Positions 23,801-37,600 of a DNA stretch of 64,000 bases are shown here, piece by piece (position 1 is the stretch's first letter; each line of letters opens with the position of its first letter). The notes beneath the pieces were generated by a model. It was given only the letters and a program-made list of their open reading frames with translations. It was not told the DNA's origin and did not search any database. The DNA is from Eledone cirrhosa (Eukaryota), in assembly GCA_964016885.1 (NCBI GenBank), contig OZ024745.1, forward strand, positions 496,001 through 560,000, in the 5' to 3' direction. The position numbers and the translations under genes were made by a program.

Positions 23801-26800
23801 TGACTGTCAATAAAGGACTTGGTACTGTTGTGTCTGACTGCCAGTAAAGGACGTGGTACTGCTGTGGTCTGACTGTCAATAAAGGACCTGGTACTGTTGT
23901 GGTCTGACTGCCAGTAAATGACCTGGTACTGTTGTGGTCTGACTGTCAGTAAAGGACCTGGTACTGCTGTGCTCTGACGGTCAGTAAAGGACCTGGTACT
24001 GTTGTGGTCTGACTGTCAGTAACGGACCTGGTACTATTGTGGTCTGACTGTCAATAAAGGACCTGGTACTGCTGTGGTCTGACTGTCAATAAAGGACCTG
24101 GTACTGTTGTGGTCTGACTGTCAATAAAGGACCTGGTACTGCTGTGGTCTGCCTGCCAGTAAAGGACCTGGTACTGTTGTGTCTGACTGCCAGTAAAGGA
24201 CCTGGTACTGTTGTGGTCTGACTGTCAATAAAGGACCTGGTACTGTTGTGGTCTGACTGCCAGTAAAGGACCTGGTACTGTTGTGGTCTGACTGTCAATA
24301 AAGGACCTGGTACTGTTGTGGTCTGACTGCCAGTAAAGGACCTGGTACTGTTGTGTCTGACTGTCAATAAAGGACCTGGTACTGTTGTGTCTGACTGTCA
24401 ATAAAGGACCTGGTACTGTTGTGGTCTGACTGTCAGTAAAGGACCTAGTACTATTGTGCTCTGACTGCTAGTAAAGGACCTGGTACTGTTGTGGTCTGAC
24501 TGTCAATAAAGGACCTGTTACTGTTGTGATCTGACTGCCAGTAAAGGACCTGGTACTGCTGTGGTTTGACTATCAATAAAGGACCTGGTACTGTTGTGGT
24601 CTGACTGTCAGTAAAGGACCTAGTACTATTGTGCTCTGACTGCCAGTAAAGGACCTGGTACTGCTGTGGTCTGACTGTCAATAAAGGACCTGGTACTGTT
24701 GTGGTCTGACTGTCAGTAAAGGACCTAGTACTATTGTGCTCTGACTGCCAGTAAAGGACCTGGTACTGCTGTGGTCTGACTGTTAATAAAGGACCTGGTA
24801 CTGTTGTGGTCTGACTGTCAGTAAAGGACCTAGTACTATTGTGCTCTGACTGCCAGTAAAGGACCTGGTACTGCTGTGGTCTGACTGTCAATAAAGGACC
24901 TGGTACTGTTGTGGTCTGACTGTCAGTAAAGGACCTAGTACTATTGTGCTCTGACTGCCAGTAAAGGACCTGGTACTGCTGTCGTCTGACTGTCAATAAA
25001 GGACCTGGTACTGTTGTGGTCTGACTGTCAGTAAAGGACCTAGTACTATTGTGCTCTGACTGCCAGTAAAGGACCTGGTACTGTTGTGGTCTGACTGTCA
25101 ATAAAGGACCTGGTACTGTTGTGATCTGACTGCCAGTAAAGGACCTGGTACTGCTGTGGTCTGACTATCAATAAAGGACCTGGTACTGTTGTGGTCTGAC
25201 TGTCAGTAAAGGACCTAGTACTATTGTGCTCTGACTGCCAGTAAAGGACCTGGTACTGCTGTGGTCTGACTGTCAATAAAGTACCTGGTACTGTTGTGGT
25301 CTGACTGTCAGTAAAGGACCTAGTACTATTGTGCTCTGACTGCAAGTAAAGGACCTGGTACTGCTGTGGTCTGACTGTCAATAAAGGACCTGGTACTGTT
25401 GTGGTCTGACTGTCAGTAAAGGACCTAGTACTATTGTGCTCTGACTGCCAGTAAAGGACCTGGTACTGCTGTGGTCTGACTGTCAATAAAGGACCTGGTA
25501 CTGTTGTGGTCTGACTGTATGTAAAGGACCTAGTACTATTGTGCTCTGACTGCCAGTAAAGGACCTGGTACTGCTGTCGTCTGACTGTCAATAAAGGACC
25601 TGGTACTGTTGTGGTCTGACTGTCAATAAAGGACCTGGTACTGTTGTGGTCTGACTGTCAGTAAAGGACCTGGTACTGTTGTGCTCTGACTGCCAGTAAA
25701 GGACCTGGTACTGTTGTGGTCTGACTGTCAGCAAAGGACCTGGTACTATTGTGCTCTGACTGCCAGTAACGGACCTGGTACTGTTGTGGTCTGACTGCCA
25801 GTAAAGGACCTGGTACTGCTGTGGTCTGACTGCCAGTAAAGGACCTAGTACTGCTGTGGTCTGACTGTCAGTAAAGGACCTGGTACTGTTGTGTCTGACT
25901 GTCAATAAAGGACCTGGTACAGCTGTGGTCTGACTGCCAGTAAAGGACCTGGTACTGTTGTGTCTGACTGTCAATAAAGGACCTGGTACTGCTGTGGTCT
26001 GACTGCCAGTAAAGGACCTGGTACTGCTGTGGTCTGACTGCCAGTAAAGGACCTGGTACTATTGTGGTCTGACTGCCAGTAAAGGACCTGGTACTGTTGT
26101 GGTCTGACTGTCAATAAAGGACCTGGTACTGTCGTGTCTGACTGTCAATAAAGGACCTGGTACTGTTGTGGTCTGACTGTCAATAAAGGACCTGGTACTG
26201 TTGTGGTCTGACTGTCAATAAAGGACCTGGTACTGTTGTGGTCTGACTGTCAGTAAAGGACCTAGTACTATTGTGCTCTGACTGCCAGTAAAGGACCTGG
26301 TACTGTTGTGGTCTGACTGTCAATAAAGGACCTGGTACTGCTGTGGTCTGACTATCAATAAAGGACCTGGTACTGTTGTGGTCTGACTGTCAGTAAAGGA
26401 CCTAATACTATTGTGCTCTGACTGCCAGTAAAGGACCTGGTACTGCTGTGGTCTGACTGTCAATAAAGGACCTGGTACTGTTGTGGTCTGACTGTCAGTA
26501 AAGGACCTAGTACTATTGTGCTCTGACTGCAAGTAAAGGACCTGGTACTGCTGTGGTCTGACTGTCAATAAAGGACCTGGTACTGTTGTGGTCTGACTGT
26601 CAGTAAAGGACTTAGTACTATTGTGCTCTGACTGCCAGTAAAGGACCTGGTACTGCTGTGGTCTGACTGTCAATAAAGGACCTGGTACTGTTGTGGTCTG
26701 ACTGTCAGTAAAGGACCTAGTACTATTGTGCTCTGACTGCCAGTAAAGGACCTGGTACTGCTGTCGTCTGACTGTCAACAAAGGACCTGGTACTGTTGTT

Positions 26801-28600
26801 ATCTGACTGTCAATAAAGGACCTGGTACTGTTGTGGTCTGACTGTCAGTAAAGGACCTGGTACTGTTGTGCTCTGACTGCCAGTAAAGGACCTGGTACTG
26901 TTGTGGTCTGACTGTCAGTAAAGGACCTGGTACTATTGTGCTCTGACTGCCAGTAACGGACCTGGTACTGTTGTGGTCTGACTGTCAATAAAGGACCTGG
27001 TACTGTTGTGGTCTGACTGCCAGTAAAGGACCTGGTACTGCTGTGGTCTGACTGCCAGTAAAGGACCTGGTACTGCTGTGGTCTGACTGCCAGTAAAGGA
27101 CCTAGTACTGCTGTGGTCTGACTGTCAGTAAAGGACCTGGTACTGTTGTGTCTGACTGTCAATAAAGGACCTGGTACTGCTGTGGTCTGACTGCCAGTAA
27201 AGGACCTGGTACTGTTGTGTCTGACTGTCAATAAAGGACCTGGTACTGCTGTGGTCTGACTGCCAGTAAAGGACCTGGTACTGCTGTGGTCTGACTGCCA
27301 GTAAAGGACCTAGTACTATTGTGGTCTGACTGCCAGTAAAGGACCTGGTACTGTTGTGGTCTGACTGTCAATAAAGGACCTGGTACTGTTGTGTCTGACT
27401 GTCAGTAAAGGACCAGGTACTATTGTGGTCTGACTGTCTATAAAGGACCTGGTACTGTTGTGGTCTGACTGTCAATAAAGGACCTGGTACTATTGTGGTC
27501 TGACTGTCAATAAAGGACCTGGTAATGTTGTGTCTGACTGTCAGTAAAGGACCTGGTACTGTTGTGTCTGACTCTCAATAAAGGACCTGGTACTATTGTG
27601 GTCTGACTGTCAATAAAGGACCTGGTACTGTTGTGTCTGACTGTCAATAAAGGACCTGGTACTATTGTGGTCTGACTGCCAGTAAAGGACCTGGTACTGT
27701 TGTGTCTGACTGTCAATAAAGGACCTGGTACTGTTGTGTCTGACTGTCAATAAAGGACCTGGTACTGCTGTGGTCTGACTGTCAATAAAGGACCTGGTAC
27801 TGTTGTGGTCTGACTGTCAATAAAGGACCTGGTACTGTTGTGTCTGACTGCCAGTAAAGGACCTGGTACTGTTGTGTCTGACTGTCAATAAAGGACCTGG
27901 TACTATTGTGGTCTGACTGCCAGTAAAGGACCTGGTACTGCTGTGGTCTGACTGTCAGTAAAGGACCTGGTACTGTTGTGTCTGACTGTCAGTAAAGGAC
28001 CTGGTACTATTGTGCTCTGACTGCCAGTAAAGGACCTGGTACTGCTGTGCTCTGACTGCCAGTAAAGGACCTGGTACTGTTGTGTCTGACTGTCAATAAA
28101 GGACTTGGTACTGTTGTGTCTGACTGCCAGTAAAGGACGTGGTACTGCTGTGGTCTGACTGTCAATAAAGGACCTGGTACTGTTGTGGTCTGACTGCCAG
28201 TAAATGACCTGGTACTGTTGTGGTCTGACTGTCAGTAAAGGACCTGGTACTGCTGTGCTCTGACGGTCAGTAAAGGACCTGGTACTGTTGTGGTCTGACT
28301 GTCAGTAACGGACCTGGTACTATTGTGGTCTGACTGTCAATAAAGGACCTGGTACTGCTGTGGTCTGACTGTCAATAAAGGACCTGGTACTGTTGTGGTC
28401 TGACTGTCAATAAAGGACCTGGTACTGCTGTGGTCTGCCTGCCAGTAAAGGACCTGGTACTGTTGTGTCTGACTGCCAGTAAAGGACCTGGTACTGTTGT
28501 GGTCTGACTGTCAATAAAGGACCTGGTACTGTTGTGGTCTGACTGCCAGTAAAGGACCTGGTACTGTTGTGGTCTGACTGTCAGTAAAGGACCTGGTACT
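11867..28600. repeat. HOR domain 1: four copies of a 4.1-4.8-kb unit containing 105-bp trimer runs
   Basis: The private variant GTACAGCTG occurs at 12745, 16925, 21631 and 25917 (offsets 4180, 4706, 4286); near-identical ORF-track translations recur at the same offsets. Right boundary approximate. Confidence 0.9.
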
Positions 28601-31600
28601 GCTGTGCTCTGACGGTCAGTAAAGGACCTGGTACTGTTGTGGTCTGACTGTCAGTAAAGGACCTGGTACTGTTGTGGTCTGACTGTCAATAAAGGACCTG
28701 GTACTGCTGTGGTCTGACTGTCAATAAAGGACCTGGTACTGTTGTGGTCTGACTGTCAATAAAGGACCTGGTACTGCTGTGGTCTGACTGCCAGTAAAGG
28801 ACCTGGTACTGTTGTGGTCTGACTGTCAATAAAGGACCTGGTACTGCTGTGCTCTGACGGTCAGTAAAGGACCTGGTACTGTTGTGGTCTGACTGTCAAT
28901 AAAGGACCTGGTACTGTTGTGGTCTGACTGTCAATAAAGGACCTGGTACTGCTGTGCTCTGACGGTCAGTAAAGGACCTGGTACTGTTGTGGTCTGACTG
29001 TCAATAAAGGACCTGGTACTGTTGTGGTCTGACTGTCAATAAAGGACCTGGTACTGCTGTGGTCTGACTGTCAGTAAAGGACCTGGTACTGTTGTGGTCT
29101 GACTGTCAATAAAGGACCTGGTACTGCTGTGCTCTGACGGTCAGTAAAGGACCTGGTACTGTTGTGGTCTGACTGTCAATAAAGGACCTGGTACTGTTGT
29201 GGTCTGACTGTCAATAAAGGACCTGGTACTGCTGTGCTCTGACGGTCAGTAAAGGACCTGGTACTGTTGTGGTCTGACTGTCAATAAAGGACCTGGTACT
29301 GCTGTGGTCTGACTGCCAGTAAAGGACCTGGTACTGTTGTGTCTGACTGCCAGTAAAGGACCTGGTACTGTTGTGGTCTGACTGCCAGTAAAGGACCTGG
29401 TACTGTTGTGGTCTGACTGTCAATAAAGGACCTGGTACTGCTGTGGTCTGACTGTCAATAAAGGACCTGGTACTGTTGTGGTCTGACTGCCAGTAAAGGA
29501 CCTGGTACTGTTGTGGTCTGACTGTCAATAAAGGACCTGGTACTGTTGTGGTCTGACTGCCAGTAAAGGACCTGGTACTATTGTGGTCTGACTGCCAGTA
29601 AAGGACCTGGTACTGTTGTGGTCTGACTGTCAATAAAGGACCTGGTACTGTTGTGGTCTGACTGTCAATAAAGGACCTGGTACTGTTGTGGTCTGACTGT
29701 CAATAAAGGACCTGGTACTGTTGTGTCTGACTGCCAGTAAAGGACCTGGTACTATTGTGGTCTGACTGTCAATAAAGGACCTGGTACTGTTGTGGTCTGA
29801 CTGCCAGTAAAGGACCTGGTACTGTTGTGGTCTGACTGCCAGTAAAGGACCTGGTACTGTTGTGTCTGACTGTCAATAAAGGACCTGGTACTGTTGTGGT
29901 CTGACTGCCAGTAAAGGACCTGGTACTGTTGTGGTCTGACTGCCAGTAAAGGACCTGGTACTATTGTGGTCTGACTGTCAATAAAGGACCTGGTACTGTT
30001 GTGTCTGACTGCCAGTAAAGGACCTGGTACTGTTGTGGTCTGACTGTCAGTAAAGGACCTGGTACTGTTGTGTCTGACTGTCAATAAAGGACCTGGTACT
30101 ATTGTGGTCTGACTGTCAATAAAGGACCTGGTGCTATTGTGGTCTGACTGTCAGTAAAGGACCTGGTACTATTGTGGTCTGACTGTCAGTAAAGGACCTG
30201 GTACTATTGTGGTATGACTGTCAATAAAGGACCTGGTACTATTGTGGTCTGACTGTCAATAAAGGACCTGGTACTATTGTGGTCTGACTGCCAGTAAAGG
30301 ACCTGGTACTATTGTGGTCTGACTGTCAGTAAAGGACCTGGTACTGTTGTGGTCTGACTGTCAATAAAGGACCTGGTACTGTTGTGTCTGACTGTCAATA
30401 AAGGACCTGGTACTATTGTGGTCTGACTGTCAATAAAGGACCTGGTACTATTGTGGTCTGACTGTCAATAAAGGACCTGGTACTGTTGTGGTCTGACTGC
30501 CAGTAAAGGACCTGGTACTGTTGTGGTCTGACTGCCAGTAAAGGACCTGGTACTATTGTGGTCTGACTGTCAATAAAGGACCTGGTACTGTTGTGGTCTG
30601 ACTGCCAGTAAAGGACCTGGTACTGTTGTGGTCTGACTGTCAGTAAAGGACCTGGTACTGCTGTGGTCTGACTGTCAGTAAAGGACCTGGTACTGTTGTG
30701 GTCTGACTGTCAATAAAGGACCTGGTACTGTTGTGTCTGACTGTCAATAAAGGACCTGGTACTGCTGTGGTCTGACTGTCAATAAAGGACCTGGTACTAT
30801 TGTGGTCTGACTGTCAATAAAGGACCTGGTACTGTTGTGGTCTGACTGCCAGTAAAGGACCCGGTACTGTTGTGGTCTGACTGTCAATAAAGGACCTGGT
30901 ACTGTTGTGGTCTGACTGTCAATAAAGGACCTGGTACTGTTGTGGTCTGACTGCCAGTAAAGGACCTGGTACTGTTGTGGTCTGACTGTCAATAAAGGAC
31001 CTGGTACTGCTGTGGTCTGCCTGCCAGTAAAGGACCTGGTACTGTTGTGTCTGACTGCCAGTAAAGGACCTGGTACTGTTGTGGTCTGACTGTCAGTAAA
31101 GGACCTGGTACTGCTGTGCTCTGACGGTCAGTAAAGGACCTGGTACTGTTGTGGTCTGACTGTCAGTAAAGGACCTGGTACTGTTGTGGTCTGACTGTCA
31201 ATAAAGGACCTGGTACTGCTGTGGTCTGACTGTCAATAAAGGACCTGGTACTGTTGTGGTCTGACTGTCAATAAAGGACCTGGTACTGCTGTGGTCTGAC
31301 TGCCAGTAAAGGACCTGGTACTGTTGTGGTCTGACTGTCAATAAAGGACCTGGTACTGCTGTGCTCTGACGGTCAGTAAAGGACCTGGTACTGTTGTGGT
31401 CTGACTGTCAATAAAGGACCTGGTACTGCTGTGCTCTGACGGTCAGTAAAGGACCTGGTACTGTTGTGGTCTGACTGTCAATAAAGGACCTGGTACTGTT
31501 GTGGTCTGACTGTCAATAAAGGACCTGGTACTGCTGTGGTCTGACTGTCAGTAAAGGACCTGGTACTGTTGTGGTCTGACTGTCAATAAAGAACCTGGTA

Positions 31601-34600
31601 CTGCTGTGCTCTGACGGTCAGTAAAGGACCTGGTACTGTTGTGGTCTGACTGTCAATAAAGGACCTGGTACTGCTGTGCTCTGACGGTCAGTAAAGGACC
31701 TGGTACTGTTGTGGTCTGACTGCCAGTAAAGGACCTGGTACTGTTGTGTCTGACTGCCAGTAAAGGACCTGGTAATGTTGTGGTCTGACTGCCAGTAAAG
31801 GACCTGGTACTGTTGTGGTCTGACTGTCAATAAAGGACCTGGTACTGCTGTGGTCTGACTGTCAATAAAGGACCTGGTACTGTTGTGGTCTGACTGCCAG
31901 TAAAGGACCTGGTACTGTTGTGGTCTGACGGTCAATAAAGGACCTGGTACTGTTGTGGTCTGACTGCCAGTAAAGGACCTGGTACTATTGTGGTCTGACT
32001 GCCAGTAAAGGACCTGGTACTGTTGTGGTCTGACTGTCAATAAAGGACCTGGTACTGTTGTGGTCTGACTGCCAGTAAAGGACCTGGTACTGTTGTGTCT
32101 GACTGTCAATAAAGGACCTGGTACTATTGTGGTCTGACTGTCAATAAAGGACCTGGTACTGTTGTGTCTGACTGCCAGTAAAGGACCTGGTACTATTGTG
32201 GTCTGACTGTCAATAAAGGACCTGGTACTGTTGTGGTCTGACTGCCAGTAAAGGACCTGGTACTGTTGTGGTCTGACTGCCAGTAAAGGACCTGGTACTG
32301 TTGTGTCTGACTGTCAATAAAGGACCTGGTACTGTTGTGGTCTGACTGCCAGTAAAGGACCTGGTACTGTTGTGGTCTGACTGCCAGTAAAGGACCTGGT
32401 ACTATTGTGGTCTGACTGTCAATAAAGGACCTGGTACTGTTGTGTCTGACTGCCAGTAAAGGACCTGGTACTGTTGTGGTCTGACTGTCAGTAAAGGACC
32501 TGGTACTGTTGTGTCTGACTGTCAATAAAGGACCTGGTACTATTGTGGTCTGACTGTCAATAAAGGACCTGGTACTATTGTGGTCTGACTGTCAGTAAAG
32601 GACCTGGTACTATTGTGGTCTGACTGTCAGTAAAGGACCTGGTACTATTGTGGTCTGACTGTCAATAAAGGACCTGGTACTATTGTGGTCTGACTGTCAA
32701 TAAAGGACCTGGTACTATTGTGGTCTGACTGCCAGTAAAGGACCTGGTACTATTGTGGTCTGACTGTCAGTAAAGGACCTGGTACTGTTGTGGTCTGACT
32801 GTCAATAAAGGACCTGGTACTGTTGTGTCTGACTGTCAATAAAGGACCTGGTACTATTGTGGTCTGACTGTCAATAAAGGACCTGGTACTATTGTGGTCT
32901 GACTGTCAATAAAGGACCTGGTACTGTTGTGGTCTGACTGTCAATAAAGGACCTGGTACTATTGTGGTCTGACTGTCAATAAAGGACCTGGTACTGTTGT
33001 GGTCTGACTGCCAGTAAAGGACCCGGTACTGTTGTGGTCTGACTGTCAATAAAGGACCTGGTACTGTTGTGGTCTGACTGTCTATAAAGGACCTGGTACT
33101 GTTGTGGTCTGACTGTCAATAAAGGACCTGGTACTGTTGTGGTCTGACTGCCAGTAAAGGACCTGGTACTGTTGTGGTCTGACTGTCAGTAAAGGACCTG
33201 GTACTGTTGTGGTCTGACTGCCAGTAAAGGACCTGGTACTGTTGTGGTCTGACTGCCAGTAAAGGACCTGGTACTGTTGTGTCTGACTGTCAATAAAGGA
33301 CCTGGTACTATTGTGGTCTGACTGCCAGTAAAGGACCTGGTACTGTTGTGGTCTGACTGTCAGTAAAGGACCTGGTACTGTTGTGGTCTGAATGCCAGTA
33401 AAGGACCTGGTACTGTTGTGGTCTGACTGCCAGTAAAGGACCTGGTACTGTTGTGGTCTGACTGTCAGTAAAGGACCTGGTACTGTTGTGTCTGACTGTC
33501 AATAAAGGACCTGGTACTGCTGTGCTCTGACTGCCAGTAAAGGACCTGGTACTATTGTGGTCTGACCGCCAGTAAAGGACCTGGTACTGTTGTGGTCTGA
33601 CTGTCAGTAAAGGACCTGGTACTGTTGTGGTCTGACTGTCAATAAAGTACCTGGTACTGTTGTGTCTGACTGCCAGTAAAGGACCTGGTACTATTGTGGT
33701 CTGACTGTCAGTAAAGGACCTGGTACTGTTGTGTCTGACTGTCAATAAAGGACCTGGTACTGTTGTGGTCTGACTGTCAATAAAGGACCTGGTACTGCTG
33801 TGGTCTGACTGCCAGTAAAGGACCTGGTACTGTTGTGTCTGACTGCCAGTAAAGGACCTGGTACTGTTGTGGTCTGACTGCCAGTAAAGGACCTGGTACT
33901 GCTGTGGTCTGACTGTCAATAAAGGACCTGGTACTGTTGTGTCTGACTGTCAATAAAGGACCTGGTACTATTGTGGTCTGACTGCCAGTAAAGGACCTGG
34001 TACTGTTGTGGTCTGACTGTCAGTAAAGGACCTGGTACTGTTGTGGTCTGAATGCCAGTAAAGGACCTGGTACTGTTGTGGTCTGACTGCCAGTAAAGGA
34101 CCTGGTACTGTTGTGGTCTGACTGTCAGTAAAGGACCTGGTACTGTTGTGTCTGACTGTCAATAAAGGACCTGGTACTGCTGTGCTCTGACTGCCAGTAA
34201 AGGACCTGGTACTATTGTGGTCTGACTGCCAGTAAAGGACCTGGTACTGTTGTGGTCTGACTGTCAGTAAAGGACCTGGTACTGTTGTGGTCTGACTGTC
34301 AATAAAGTACCTGGTACTGTTGTGTCTGACTGCCAGTAAAGGACCTGGTACTATTGTGGTCTGACTGTCAGTAAAGGACCTGGTACTGTTGTGTCTGACT
34401 GTCAATAAAGGACCTGGTACTGTTGTGGTCTGACTGTCAATAAAGGACCTGGTACTGCTGTGGTCTGACTGCCAGTAAAGGACCTGGTACTGTTGTGTCT
34501 GACTGCCAGTAAAGGACCTGGTACTGTTGTGGTCTGACTGCCAGTAAAGGACCTGGTACTGCTGTGGTCTGACTGTCAATAAAGGACCTGGTACTGTTGT

Positions 34601-37600
34601 GGTCTGACTGCCAGTAAAGGACCTGGTACTGTTGTGGTCTGACTGTCAATAAAGGACCTGGTACTGTTGTGGTCTGACTGCCAGTAAAGGACCTGGTACT
34701 ATTGTGGTCTGACTGCCAGTAAAGGACCTGGTACTGTTGTGGTCTGACTGTCAATAAAGGACCTGGTACTGTTGTGGTCTGACTGTCAATAAAGGACCTG
34801 GTACTGTTGTGGTCTGACTGTCAATAAAGGACCTGGTACTGTTGTGTCTGACTGCCAGTAAAGGACCTGGTACTATTGTGGTCTGACTGTCAATAAAGGA
34901 CCTGGTACTGTTGTGGTCTGACTGCCAGTAAAGGACCTGGTACTGTTGTGGTCTGACTGCCAGTAAAGGACCTGGTACTGTTGTGTCTGACTGTCAATAA
35001 AGGACCTGGTACTGTTGTGGTCTGACTGCCAGTAAAGGACCTGGTACTGTTGTGGTCTGACTGCCAGTAAAGGACCTGGTACTATTGTGGTCTGACTGTC
35101 AATAAAGGACCTGGTACTGTTGTGTCTGACTGCCAGTAAAGGACCTGGTACTGTTGTGGTCTGACTGTCAGTAAAGGACCTGGTACTGTTGTGTCTGACT
35201 GTCAATAAAGGACCTGGTACTATTGTGGTCTGACTGTCAATAAAGGACCTGGTACTATTGTGGTCTGACTGTCAGTAAAGGACCTGGTACTATTGTGGTC
35301 TGACTGTCAGTAAAGGACCTGGTACTATTGTGGTATGACTGTCAATAAAGGACCTGGTACTATTGTGGTCTGACTGTCAATAAAGGACCTGGTACTATTG
35401 TGGTCTGACTGCCAGTAAAGGACCTGGTACTATTGTGGTCTGACTGTCAGTAAAGGACCTGGTACTGTTGTGGTCTGACTGTCAATAAAGGACCTGGTAC
35501 TGTTGTGTCTGACTGTCAATAAAGGACCTGGTACTATTGTGGTCTGACTGTCAATAAAGGACCTGGTACTATTGTGGTCTGACTGTCAATAAAGGACCTG
35601 GTACTGTTGTGGTCTGACTGCCAGTAAAGGACCTGGTACTGTTGTGGTCTGACTGCCAGTAAAGGACCTGGTACTATTGTGGTCTGACTGTCAATAAAGG
35701 ACCTGGTACTGTTGTGGTCTGACTGCCAGTAAAGGACCTGGTACTGTTGTGGTCTGACTGTCAGTAAAGGACCTGGTACTGCTGTGGTCTGACTGTCAGT
35801 AAAGGACCTGGTACTGTTGTGGTCTGACTGTCAATAAAGGACCTGGTACTGTTGTGTCTGACTGTCAATAAAGGACCTGGTACTATTGTGGTCTGACTGT
35901 CAATAAAGGACCTGGTACTATTGTGGTCTGACTGTCAATAAAGGACCTGGTACTGTTGTGGTCTGACTGCCAGTAAAGGACCCGGTACTGTTGTGGTCTG
36001 ACTGTCAATAAAGGACCTGGTACTGTTGTGGTCTGACTGTCTATAAAGGACCTGGTACTGTTGTGGTCTGACTGTCAATAAAGGACCTGGTACTGTTGTG
36101 GTCTGACTGCCAGTAAAGGACCTGGTACTGTTGTGGTCTGACTGTCAATAAAGGACCTGGTACTGCTGTGGTCTGCCTGCCAGTAAAGGACCTGGTACTG
36201 TTGTGTCTGACTGCCAGTAAAGGACCTGGTACTGTTGTGGTCTGACTGTCAGTAAAGGACCTGGTACTGCTGTGCTCTGACGGTCAGTAAAGGACCTGGT
36301 ACTGTTGTGGTCTGACTGTCAGTAAAGGACCTGGTACTGTTGTGGTCTGACTGTCAATAAAGGACCTGGTACTGCTGTGGTCTGACTGTCAATAAAGGAC
36401 CTGGTACTGTTGTGGTCTGACTGTCAATAAAGGACCTGGTACTGCTGTGGTCTGACTGCCAGTAAAGGACCTGGTACTGTTGTGGTCTGACTGTCAATAA
36501 AGGACCTGGTACTGCTGTGCTCTGACGGTCAGTAAAGGACCTGGTACTGTTGTGGTCTGACTGTCAATAAAGGACCTGGTACTGTTGTGGTCTGACTGTC
36601 AATAAAGGACCTGGTACTGCTGTGCTCTGACGGTCAGTAAAGGACCTGGTACTGTTGTGGTCTGACTGTCAATAAAGGACCTGGTACTGTTGTGGTCTGA
36701 CTGTCAATAAAGGACCTGGTACTGCTGTGGTCTGACTGTCAGTAAAGGACCTGGTACTGTTGTGGTCTGACTGTCAATAAAGAACCTGGTACTGCTGTGC
36801 TCTGACGGTCAGTAAAGGACCTGGTACTGTTGTGGTCTGACTGTCAATAAAGGACCTGGTACTGTTGTGGTCTGACTGTCAATAAAGGACCTGGTACTGC
36901 TGTGCTCTGACGGTCAGTAAAGGACCTGGTACTGTTGTGGTCTGACTGTCAATAAAGGACCTGGTACTGCTGTGGTCTGACTGCCAGTAAAGGACCTGGT
37001 ACTGTTGTGTCTGACTGCCAGTAAAGGACCTGGTAATGTTGTGGTCTGACTGCCAGTAAAGGACCTGGTACTGTTGTGGTCTGACTGTCAATAAAGGACC
37101 TGGTACTGCTGTGGTCTGACTGTCAATAAAGGACCTGGTACTGTTGTGGTCTGACTGCCAGTAAAGGACCTGGTACTGTTGTGGTCTGACTGTCAATAAA
37201 GGACCTGGTACTGTTGTGGTCTGACTGCCAGTAAAGGACCTGGTACTATTGTGGTCTGACTGCCAGTATAGGACCTGGTACTATTGTGGTCTGACTGTCA
37301 ATAAAGGACCTGGTACTGTTGTGGTCTGACTGTCAGTAAAGGACCTGGTACTATTGTGGTCTGACTGTCAGTAAAGGACCTGGTACTATTGTGGTCTGAC
37401 TGTCAATAAAGGACCTGGTACTATTGTGGTCTGACTGTCAATAAAGGACCTGGTACTATTGTGGTCTGACTGCCAGTAAAGGACCTGGTACTATTGTGGT
37501 CTGACTGTCAGTAAAGGACCTGGTACTGTTGTGGTCTGACTGTCAATAAAGGACCTGGTACTGTTGTGTCTGACTGTCAATAAAGGACCTGGTACTATTG

